Assembly: GCA_044378655.1 (NCBI GenBank)
Contig: JBILXJ010000001.1
Location: 1-50,468 of the forward strand
Source of the DNA: Candidatus Planktophila sp.
Lineage (GTDB): Bacteria > Actinomycetota > Actinomycetes > Nanopelagicales > Nanopelagicaceae
Length of the DNA: 50,468 nt
Reading direction: 5' to 3'
Shown here: piece after piece, positions 40,074 through 48,139 of the stretch
How positions within the stretch are numbered: position 1 is the first letter of the stretch
How the letters are laid out: each line of letters begins with the position of its first letter
The notes under the pieces: model-generated
The model's database searches: none
What the model was told of the DNA's origin: nothing
Seen by the model: only the letters and a program-made list of their open reading frames with translations
Made by a program: the position numbers and the translations under genes

Positions 40074-41402
40074 TTAGGAGTGAGAGACCGAAGACCTCGC
40101 CCGTTCGATCTTGGCCTCGGTTAGGACCCGAATGGCGTAAAGAAAGAGGGCAAATCCGAGCGCTGCGGCGATGAAATAGACCGACCTGAAGGCCATTTCG
40201 CGACCTAGACCATCTTCAAGGATGCTCACCAAAGTGCCACCGAGCAGGGTTCCGATGGGAATGGTTCCCCAAGCGAAGAATCGATAAACGCTGTTTACCC
40301 GACCAAGCAAGTTTGACGGGATCAAGCTTTGGCGCAGTGAAACGGTGACGACGTTCCATAGAACGGCGGTAAATGTTTCAAGCGCAACAAATAACCAAAC
40401 CAGGTACCAACGGGAAGATAAGCCAATAAGAAGAGCCATCAATGGCATAGTGAATAAAGCCAAGGCCAATGAGCGACCCCGACCGATCTTTTCAGAAACC
40501 TTAGGGCCGAGCAATCCACCGATGATTCCACCAATTGCAGCTGCAGTACCGAGAATGGCAAAGATGAAAACCGTTGTTTCCAGGACTTCTTGCGCAAAGA
40601 GAATAAACATTGCACCGGATATCGCAGCGATTCCGTTTACTAGTCCCAAGATTATTGCCATCGGTCTAAGCAACTCGTGTTGCCATAACCAAGCAAATCC
40701 TTCCTTAATCTCGGCTCGGAAATTTATTGGTCCGCTTTTTTTCTCCGGCTTGAAACTCTTTACTGCGGGCTTCAATGTGGCGATTAAGGCTGCCGCGATA
40801 AAGAAAGTGGCGGCGTCAAAGAAGAACGGAAGAAAGATCGCTATAGAAATTATGAAACTACCAAGCGGGGGACCGATAAATGAGTTGGTTAAAGACTCGG
40901 CCGACCACATGCGTCCATTGGCTTTCTCTAAATGCTTATCTTCAACAACAGCGGGCATCATTGTCTGAGCTGTGTTATCTCGTAAGACTTCAGCTAAACC
41001 AAACAAAAATGCGGTCACAAGAATTACGAAATATAGGGTGTAGTTAGTTTGCAAATCCTTGATTGATGCCAACTCATCTAGCGATGGAAGTGATTCACGT
41101 TCAAGGTAGACGAAAGCGCCTACTACAAGTGTTAGTAGTCCGTTGAAGACATTCATACTCACGATGATTCGCTTGCGATCAAAGCGATCTGTCAGAACTC
41201 CGGCGAAGAGGGTAAAAACCAACCATGGCAGGCGTGACACGACGACCGATAATGCAATCAAAAAAGGTGAGCGAGTTACTGCCGAAGCCAGCCAAGGGTA
41301 GGCAACTGCGGCCACTCCGTCGCCAAGATTGGAAATGGCAGTTGCACTCCAGAGTTTCCAATAGGACGCTCCTAATTTATCTCGGGTCTTAGCAGACTTC
41401 AT
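40074..41402 (-). CDS. MFS transporter (MFS_3 / H+ antiporter-like)
   Basis: ISNLGDG, GVLTDRFDRKR motif A, ANGRM, FIGPPLG, LLGRVNSVYR. Start set at ATG 41402 after AAGGA. Confidence 0.9.
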   Translation of the reverse strand: MKSAKTRDKLGASYWKLWSATAISNLGDGVAAVAYPWLASAVTRSPFLIALSVVVSRLPWLVFTLFAGVLTDRFDRKRIIVSMNVFNGLLTLVVGAFVYLERESLPSLDELASIKDLQTNYTLYFVILVTAFLFGLAEVLRDNTAQTMMPAVVEDKHLEKANGRMWSAESLTNSFIGPPLGSFIISIAIFLPFFFDAATFFIAAALIATLKPAVKSFKPEKKSGPINFRAEIKEGFAWLWQHELLRPMAIILGLVNGIAAISGAMFILFAQEVLETTVFIFAILGTAAAIGGIIGGLLGPKVSEKIGRGRSLALALFTMPLMALLIGLSSRWYLVWLFVALETFTAVLWNVVTVSLRQSLIPSNLLGRVNSVYRFFAWGTIPIGTLLGGTLVSILEDGLGREMAFRSVYFIAAALGFALFLYAIRVLTEAKIERARSSVSHS

Positions 41403-41527
41403 CGCAAGTTCCTTTGCCCATTTACTTAAACGCACCTACTTGGTGAATATACTTCACTGCTTACGTATTACGAGGGTTTGTCAGATAACTATCTATAGAT
41501 TGCAGATCTCGCTAGGGGAGTAAATTC

Positions 41528-43555
41528 ATGAGCGCTAATCCATTCTTTACTAAATCAACTCTGGCCTACGAGCTGCCACCTTTCGAACAGATCCAAGAGT
41601 CTCATTACCTAGAAGCGGTTTACGCAGGCATGAGTGAGCAACTAGCTGAGATCGACTTTATCTTGTCTCACCCTGAGGTCTCTTTTGAAAATACCATCGA
41701 AGCTATGGAACACAGTGGCGCAATCCTTGATCGGGTTCTGCATGTTTTTTACAACAAATCTTCAAGTGATACTAACGACCAGATCGATGCGATTGAGGCA
41801 GAGATCGCTCCCAAGCTTGCAGCACATTCAGACGCGATCCAACTCAATCCACAGTTATTCGCGCGAATAAAGCGTCTTCGCGAAAATGTCGCAGATCTAA
41901 ATGACGAGCAGGCTTGGTTAGTCGAACGCTACTTCAGAGATTTTTCTCAAGCTGGCGCAGAGTTGAGTGAAGCGAATCGCGAGCGAGTCATGCAGATCAA
42001 TGAAGAACTTTCTTCGCTTCAAACTCAGTTCGGAAAGAAATTGCTTGCCGATACCAACGATCTTGCAGTTGTAGTCGATAGCGAAATTGAACTAGATGGG
42101 TTGACTCCGAATCAGATCGCTGCCTGCAAGGCGGCAGCTGAATCGCGCGGATTGCCAGATAAATGGTTAATCACGATGATGAATTTCACCGGTCATCCAC
42201 TACTCAGCGCTCTAAAGAATCGTGAACTAAGAGAAAGAGTTATGCAGAACTCGCTACTTAAAGGCGATCGCAATAACGAGAATGATACAAAAGATGTTCT
42301 TCTAAAAACGGTTGCATTAAGAACCGAGAGAGCTAAGTTATTCGGCGTAAAAACACATGCAGAATTTGTCCTTCAAGAGCAGACAGCTGCGAATCCAGCG
42401 AATGTCCATTCCATGTTAAAGAAGCTAGCGCCAGCGGCAGTAAAGAATGCTCAACGTGAAGGTCAGGACATTCAGCAGATTATTTCGCGTGAAGAAACTC
42501 ATGAACTAGCCAGTTGGGATTGGGATTTCTATACCGAGAAAGTTCGAATTGAAAAGTATTCACTCGATACCTCTGCGATGAAGCCTTACTTTGAACTAGA
42601 GAGCGTCTTAAGAAACGGTGTCTTCTTTGCGGCACAAAAACTTTACGGCCTAACATTTACAGAGCGCCCAGATTTGGTTGCCTACCATCCAGAAGCGAGA
42701 GTCTTTGAAGTATTCAATGAGGACGGCTCAGCTGTAGGTCTGTACATCGGCGATTTCTACACTCGAGATTCCAAGCGTGGCGGAGCTTGGATGAACTCAT
42801 TAGTTAGACAGAGCAGATTGCTCGATCAAAAGCCTGTTGTTGTGAACAACATGAACATCTCAAAGCCACCTCAGGGCGAAGTGACCCTGCTTTCTTATGA
42901 CGAGACCACAACTCTCTTTCATGAGTTTGGACATGCAATTCATGGCCTGCTTTCTGATGTTACATATCCACGAGTATCGGGAACAGCAGTACAAAGAGAT
43001 TTCGTGGAGTTCCCATCACAAGTGAATGAAATGTGGATCCTCTGGCCTGAAGTTCTTGATAACTACGCAATTCATTACCAGACAGGCGAGCGCCTCCCAC
43101 AAGTGTGGGTAGATAAGTTGCATGAATCTTCAACCTTTAATGAAGGGCATGCAACCACTAGCTATTTGGCTGCCGCAATCCTGGACTTAGCATGGCATTC
43201 ACTTGAAGACACTTCGAAAGTTACTAGCGTTGCGGAATTTGAGGCGAACGCCATTTCCGAATATGGATTGCATTACGCACCCGTGCCAACGAGATATCGC
43301 TCGACCTATTTCTCACATATTTTTGCAGGCGGTTATTCAGCGGGTTACTACGGCTATATCTGGAGCGAAGTTCTCGATGCAGACACCGTCGAATGGTTTA
43401 AGAACAATGGTGGCTTAACTCGGAAGAACGGTGACCATTTCCGAAACACGTTGATGAGTCGTGGCGGATCCATCGATTCTATGCAGATGTTTCGAAATTT
43501 CCGTGGCCGTGATGCTCAAATCGAACCATTGCTGCGACGAAGAGGATTGGTGTAA
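41528..43555 (+). CDS. dcp: M3 metallopeptidase, peptidyl-dipeptidase Dcp
   Basis: NPFF...LPPF, KRGGAWM, FHEFGHAIH, RDFVEFPSQ, FSHIFAGGYSAGYY. Confidence 0.93.
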   Translation: MSANPFFTKSTLAYELPPFEQIQESHYLEAVYAGMSEQLAEIDFILSHPEVSFENTIEAMEHSGAILDRVLHVFYNKSSSDTNDQIDAIEAEIAPKLAAHSDAIQLNPQLFARIKRLRENVADLNDEQAWLVERYFRDFSQAGAELSEANRERVMQINEELSSLQTQFGKKLLADTNDLAVVVDSEIELDGLTPNQIAACKAAAESRGLPDKWLITMMNFTGHPLLSALKNRELRERVMQNSLLKGDRNNENDTKDVLLKTVALRTERAKLFGVKTHAEFVLQEQTAANPANVHSMLKKLAPAAVKNAQREGQDIQQIISREETHELASWDWDFYTEKVRIEKYSLDTSAMKPYFELESVLRNGVFFAAQKLYGLTFTERPDLVAYHPEARVFEVFNEDGSAVGLYIGDFYTRDSKRGGAWMNSLVRQSRLLDQKPVVVNNMNISKPPQGEVTLLSYDETTTLFHEFGHAIHGLLSDVTYPRVSGTAVQRDFVEFPSQVNEMWILWPEVLDNYAIHYQTGERLPQVWVDKLHESSTFNEGHATTSYLAAAILDLAWHSLEDTSKVTSVAEFEANAISEYGLHYAPVPTRYRSTYFSHIFAGGYSAGYYGYIWSEVLDADTVEWFKNNGGLTRKNGDHFRNTLMSRGGSIDSMQMFRNFRGRDAQIEPLLRRRGLV

Positions 43556-43557
43556 GC

Positions 43558-44502
43558 ATGAGTTTTACTGAATCAAATTTACTTGAGATTGCCAACGACG
43601 TACTCAAGTTATACCCCGTTGAGATCAACGAAATTTCCTTGGTTAATTACGAGAACAACGCAACATTTAAGTTGACTGCGAAAGATGGAGATCACTACGC
43701 CTTTCGAATTAATGTGAATTCACCTCGTAGTAAGTCAAATGTTGAAGGTGAAGTCGCTTGGGTTAAATTTTTGAATAACTCAGATTTAGTTCAAACCGCC
43801 AGGCCAATTTCAAACAGACAGGGAAGCTATGTAACAACATTTTTCCATCAGGAAAGTGGCCGCGATCTATACACGGTTATGTATTCGTGGCTAGAAGGGG
43901 AAGATGTGGGAGATGAACCTACGCCGACTCAGTTACACGCGCTCGGTGCTGCGATGGCGCACATGCATAACTTGTCCGTCGATTTCGATTTGCCAGGTGA
44001 TTGCCAAGTACCGATCTTGAACGACCCTTTTTGGGGTTCTCCGGATTTACTTCGTGGCGACGAGAGCCAACTAAGCGATGAATACAAAACGTTAGTAATC
44101 GAAGCATTTGCGGAAATCTCTAGGCGGACCAATGATTTGTACCAAGAAAATAAGTCGCATTTAATTCATGCCGATCTTCATGGCTGGAACGTAAAATGGC
44201 ATCTCGACCAGATTTCTATTTTTGATTTTGATGATTGCGGAATTGGTCTTCCTATCCAAGATTTAGCTACCGCCTTGTACTACCTCGACACTCCAGAGCA
44301 AGATCAGGCTTTGCTCGAAGGTTACAAATCAGTCAAAGCTTTGCCGGTTTACGAAGAGTCGGATCTGCAGATGTTACTTATGCATCGACGATTACTGCTA
44401 TTGAACTATTTATATGAAACGCCAGATGCTGAGCACGCAAGTATCTTGCCAGAGTATCTTGAGGAGACAATTAGGAGAGTAAAAGTTTTTCTTGAGAAGT
44501 GA
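43558..44502 (+). CDS. APH / homoserine kinase type II-like phosphotransferase
   Basis: ENNATF, LIHADLHGWN catalytic loop, FDFDDCG. Confidence 0.87.
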   Translation: MSFTESNLLEIANDVLKLYPVEINEISLVNYENNATFKLTAKDGDHYAFRINVNSPRSKSNVEGEVAWVKFLNNSDLVQTARPISNRQGSYVTTFFHQESGRDLYTVMYSWLEGEDVGDEPTPTQLHALGAAMAHMHNLSVDFDLPGDCQVPILNDPFWGSPDLLRGDESQLSDEYKTLVIEAFAEISRRTNDLYQENKSHLIHADLHGWNVKWHLDQISIFDFDDCGIGLPIQDLATALYYLDTPEQDQALLEGYKSVKALPVYEESDLQMLLMHRRLLLLNYLYETPDAEHASILPEYLEETIRRVKVFLEK

Positions 44503-44510
44503 TTTCTAAG

Positions 44511-44582
44511 TGGACGATACTGGGATCGAACCAGTGACCCCTTCCATGTCAAGGAAGTGCGCTACCGCTGCGCCAATCGTCC
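44511..44582 (-). tRNA. tRNA-Val (anticodon GAC), CCA not encoded
   Basis: Reverse complement GGACGATTGGCGCAGCGGTAGCGCACTTCCTTGACATGGAAGGGGTCACTGGTTCGATCCCAGTATCGTCCA: 7-bp acceptor stem, CTTCC/GGAAG anticodon stem, GGTTCGA T-loop. Confidence 0.96.
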
Positions 44583-44628
44583 GTGGGTGCAGCGAATATT
44601 ACCCCACATATCTAGATCTCCGAAATAT

Positions 44629-45666
44629 CTAGAATTTCAGCGCTAGAGCCTTAGCTAATGACGGGGTAAGCCAATCGACGTAAGTAGCGGTGAAATGCCA
44701 CTGATCAAAATATACAAGTTTGTTGTCAATGATCGCAGGGCACATGTAAGGATCACAAGCCCAAGAAACAGTGTCGATAAAAGTGCCTTTGACGGCCAGC
44801 GTTGCAGCTTGCTCAATCTTATTGATTGCGTTGTTATCAGCTTTTGTTCGCACTGAAGCACAAATACTTATCGTAACTCCTGGTCGACTTACGCAATTTA
44901 TAGAGTCAGTCGTCATGCTCGGATTGTTTCCAATCACGATCAGTTTCTTAGCGTAGGAATTCAAAGTTGCGAGTGCTTTAGGAAACTCTTTAGCCCAAAC
45001 TGTTTCAGTATCAAAATCGGATTTTTCGCCATTAACTACCGCGGGTTTCCATTGATCAGTAACAATCAAAATATCTGGCTTGGCGATCTTTATTTTTGGA
45101 AGAACCAGCTGTTGCCATTGCTGGCATTCAGAAAATGGCCGGTTTAATTGATACGACCAAACCGGAACTTCGATCAGCGGGCAAGCCAACTTTGCATAAA
45201 GTTCAACGCGGTATCCGTTCTTCTTCGCGATTGTATCGATTGCGGGCATCCACATCGATGCGTGCGAATCGCCATAGAGAACGATCAGTTTGTTGGCGTT
45301 GGGATCACCGCCAGGACAAACCGGAACCCTAACGTCGGCAAAATCAATGGAACAAGGATTTGTTTCCTTAAGCCACTCACTTTTGTCAGTTCTAGCATTG
45401 GTCAAGCTAGGAGTTAGATTCGCTGGAAGTTTAGTTATCTTCATGGCAGCTGAAATGGCCGAGATAATAGGATCAACTGTTGCTTTTGGCACTTTAACCC
45501 AGATCAACTTCCTTTTAACTAGCTGACAGTTGAATTTCTCTTTTGCGATGGTAGTTATATTGCCTGCCTTTGGGCATGAGCCACCTGCCTTATTGGTTGC
45601 ACCATGTAGCGGTGTGGGTAAAGTAAATAGAAGTGCTACCAACAGGATTCGTACAGTTACTTTCAC
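44629..45666 (-). CDS. Secreted SGNH hydrolase-domain protein (type normally fused to AT3)
   Basis: Signal peptide, LYGDSHA block I, DQWH (DxxH), several Cys pairs; GAGGAG RBS before GTG. Confidence 0.85.
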   Translation of the reverse strand: MKVTVRILLVALLFTLPTPLHGATNKAGGSCPKAGNITTIAKEKFNCQLVKRKLIWVKVPKATVDPIISAISAAMKITKLPANLTPSLTNARTDKSEWLKETNPCSIDFADVRVPVCPGGDPNANKLIVLYGDSHASMWMPAIDTIAKKNGYRVELYAKLACPLIEVPVWSYQLNRPFSECQQWQQLVLPKIKIAKPDILIVTDQWKPAVVNGEKSDFDTETVWAKEFPKALATLNSYAKKLIVIGNNPSMTTDSINCVSRPGVTISICASVRTKADNNAINKIEQAATLAVKGTFIDTVSWACDPYMCPAIIDNKLVYFDQWHFTATYVDWLTPSLAKALALKF

Positions 45667-45668
45667 GA

Positions 45669-46775
45669 TTAACTCCTCACAAACAGGTAGGTGCCGACGA
45701 CGCTAAGGGTTAAAGCGATGGTTCCCGTAATCACCGTAACTCCGGGATGCTGAACCAGATACTTATTGAATCGGATTGGGTTTTCAAAGAGGTGATGCGT
45801 TAATACGGCCAATACAAAAGTTATGACTGATAACGAAATCGATGAACTTGTCGTTAACGGAGTGAGTGAAAGCTGGCGATGTAGCTCAATAACTGGCCAG
45901 TGCCATAGGTAGAGCACGAAAGATAAATCTCCGAGGTAGTGCACTACTCGATTGCCTAGAACCAACTTAATCTTTGGATCTGAGAGGCTAAGAAGTAAAC
46001 CCGTAGCCAGTAGTACTGGAAGAATCACGAATCCAGGAATTTGATTGCTCGAATCAATTAAGAAAAGTGATGCTAAAACGATACCTAAGGCCATTTTTTG
46101 CACTATTTTAGATGAGTCTCGAGTTCTGACTAAGGCGAGTAAGGCACCTAAGCACAACTCCCAAACTCGTGTTTGGGTTGCAAAATAGGTCAAGGTTTTC
46201 TCGATCATGAATATTGCTGAGAACGAAGCAACTCCAATAACTGTGACAGCGGTGATAAGAACTTTCGTGGAACGAGCCTTGAAGATTAATAAAGTTAGCA
46301 ATAGAAGAATCGGCCAGACTATGTAGAACTGCTCTTCGACAGCCAAAGACCAATAGTGCTGCAGGAGTGGGGACGAGGTACCTTGGCCAAAGTAATCAAC
46401 TTTTAGAGAGTTGAAGTGCGAGTTAGCAAAAAAGAGAGTTGACCATCTGGCATCACGCAGAGTTTCGTTGCCTACTACCGGACCGAGGTAGCGATAAGCG
46501 AGAAAAACCGAAACCCAGATTACAAGTAGGGCCGACGGAAGGATTCTACGAATACGTCTGGCATAAAAGTGCAACAAAGTACTTACTGTGCCGCCACTAG
46601 TCGCAAGTTCGCTCAGCTGTTTGGTAATTAGATAACCAGATAGCAAGAAGAAGAGATCTACTCCGATGAAACCACCGGGTAGCAACGCAGGGAAAAGGTG
46701 GTTCGTGATTACCGCAAGTACCGCCAAGGCACGTAGGCCTTGGATCTCACGACTATGTGAGAGTTTGGCGGTCAT
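45669..46775 (-). CDS. Acyltransferase family 3 (OafA/OatA-like membrane domain only)
   Basis: IQGLRALAV, GFIGVDLFFLLSGYLIT, FYARRIRRILP, HYWSLAVEEQFY, YLWHWP, ENPIR. Confidence 0.93.
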   Translation of the reverse strand: MTAKLSHSREIQGLRALAVLAVITNHLFPALLPGGFIGVDLFFLLSGYLITKQLSELATSGGTVSTLLHFYARRIRRILPSALLVIWVSVFLAYRYLGPVVGNETLRDARWSTLFFANSHFNSLKVDYFGQGTSSPLLQHYWSLAVEEQFYIVWPILLLLTLLIFKARSTKVLITAVTVIGVASFSAIFMIEKTLTYFATQTRVWELCLGALLALVRTRDSSKIVQKMALGIVLASLFLIDSSNQIPGFVILPVLLATGLLLSLSDPKIKLVLGNRVVHYLGDLSFVLYLWHWPVIELHRQLSLTPLTTSSSISLSVITFVLAVLTHHLFENPIRFNKYLVQHPGVTVITGTIALTLSVVGTYLFVRS

Positions 46776-48139
46776 TAGCGTTCAGTTAACAATTCGATTA
46801 CTAAACCAGGGGAATTTTCACTACCAACGAGTTCGCCATACATCGATCTAGTTTGACTATCCCAAGTGACTCGGCAATTGCGAATCTCAACATCGGTTGA
46901 GTTCATAACGTCAAAGGCATTGTGTTTGCGTCGAATCACATCGGTGATCCCGTTTGGCCGCAAATCAATTCGGTGCGGCCATTTAGATTGATTAAGCATT
47001 TGTTGATGAATGTTCTCAAAAATTACGCCTTTGATTAGCTCAGGGTGAGCTGCCCAAACAAGCGTGCTTGCTTCAGTGGTCACATTTATGTTGCGGAAAG
47101 TTATGTCTCGTACTTTGCCTTCGCGAAGACGTTCAATATTGCCATCGGTACCGTGACCCGGGTCATCCCAGGAAAATGCAGTGACATGAAGTGCTTCGCC
47201 GTGACCCCACCACATGTCGCTGAATGCACGAGTTTGCACGATGCAATCAGTAATCAGGACATTCGAGATAGTTCCACCCTCGCGCGATCTCACTGCAAAC
47301 CCGCGATGTGAATCGCGCACAATACAGTCGCTGATAATGACATTCGTTATATCTCCGACAGATTCAGTACCCAAAGTGATTGCGCCCGAAGTTGATTTGA
47401 AGAAGCAACTGTTGATTATCACGTTATCAACTAGACCGTATTGCGAAGTACCAGCACACGACTTCAACGAGATGCAGTCGTCAGCAGTTTCAAAATGAGA
47501 GTTGGTAATACGAACATCTTGGCAACGATCAATGTCAATGCCATCACCATTTGGCACCATCAGATCACTCAAAATACGGATTCCATTGATATCTAAATTG
47601 TTACAACCGGTAAATCTAACGGCCCAGAAAGCTGGATCAGTGATTGTTACATCGACCATCTTCACGCCGTAGGACTCAATTAAGAAGATCGTAAATGGTC
47701 GCTCTAGGTATTGATCTCGACCACCTATTGGCCCACGCATCTGATGGATATATTCACCGCGGGTTGCAATGAAAGCATCAGCATTTCCGCTGATGGTTCC
47801 GAGGCCGGTAATACTTGCGCCGTGCGCTCTAAAACCTACAATAAAAGCGCGCCTTGGCAGAACTACTTCATTAACTTCGCCTTCAGTTAAAACTTCGATT
47901 GAATGCTCAGGGGAGTAGTCCGCGTAGTCACCACTTGCGAGCAAGATGGCACCAGATTCGAGGTGTAGTTCAACTTTTGGCAGCAGTTCAAAACTACCCG
48001 ACAAGAAAGAACCACCAGCTGGAATCAAAACGCGACCGCCACCGTTTTCAGCTACTTGATCAATTGCAGCCTGAATATGTTTCGCGTTATTGGTAACCCC
48101 GTCAGCTACCGCTCCGCACTGGGTGATTGAAATCTGCAT
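46775..48139 (-). CDS. Glycoside hydrolase family 28 (pectin lyase-like beta-helix)
   Basis: GAVADGVTNNAKHIQAAID, PNGDGIDID, ADDCISLKS, ITLGTES. ATG 48139 in TAATG overlap; no signal peptide seen. Confidence 0.85.
   Translation of the reverse strand: MQISITQCGAVADGVTNNAKHIQAAIDQVAENGGGRVLIPAGGSFLSGSFELLPKVELHLESGAILLASGDYADYSPEHSIEVLTEGEVNEVVLPRRAFIVGFRAHGASITGLGTISGNADAFIATRGEYIHQMRGPIGGRDQYLERPFTIFLIESYGVKMVDVTITDPAFWAVRFTGCNNLDINGIRILSDLMVPNGDGIDIDRCQDVRITNSHFETADDCISLKSCAGTSQYGLVDNVIINSCFFKSTSGAITLGTESVGDITNVIISDCIVRDSHRGFAVRSREGGTISNVLITDCIVQTRAFSDMWWGHGEALHVTAFSWDDPGHGTDGNIERLREGKVRDITFRNINVTTEASTLVWAAHPELIKGVIFENIHQQMLNQSKWPHRIDLRPNGITDVIRRKHNAFDVMNSTDVEIRNCRVTWDSQTRSMYGELVGSENSPGLVIELLTER

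Noticed and set aside
40345-40968. Long antisense ORFs over MFS (207 aa), TIGR01777 (9105-9665), DUF3043 (16786-17247) and dlaT
   Set aside because: Out-of-register shadow frames typical of hydrophobic or Ala/Gly-rich genes, with no recognisable product and no coupling at both ends, unlike the 34627-35277 frame.
44511-44628. tRNA-Val as integration site of a genomic island
   Set aside because: No integrase and no duplicated tRNA 3' end seen; the glycan genes lie on the 5' side of the tRNA. Cannot be excluded beyond the window.
45660-45680. Frameshift pseudogene of a fused AT3-SGNH
   Set aside because: The downstream ORF has its own RBS, start codon, signal peptide and extra module, which argues for a real separate gene.
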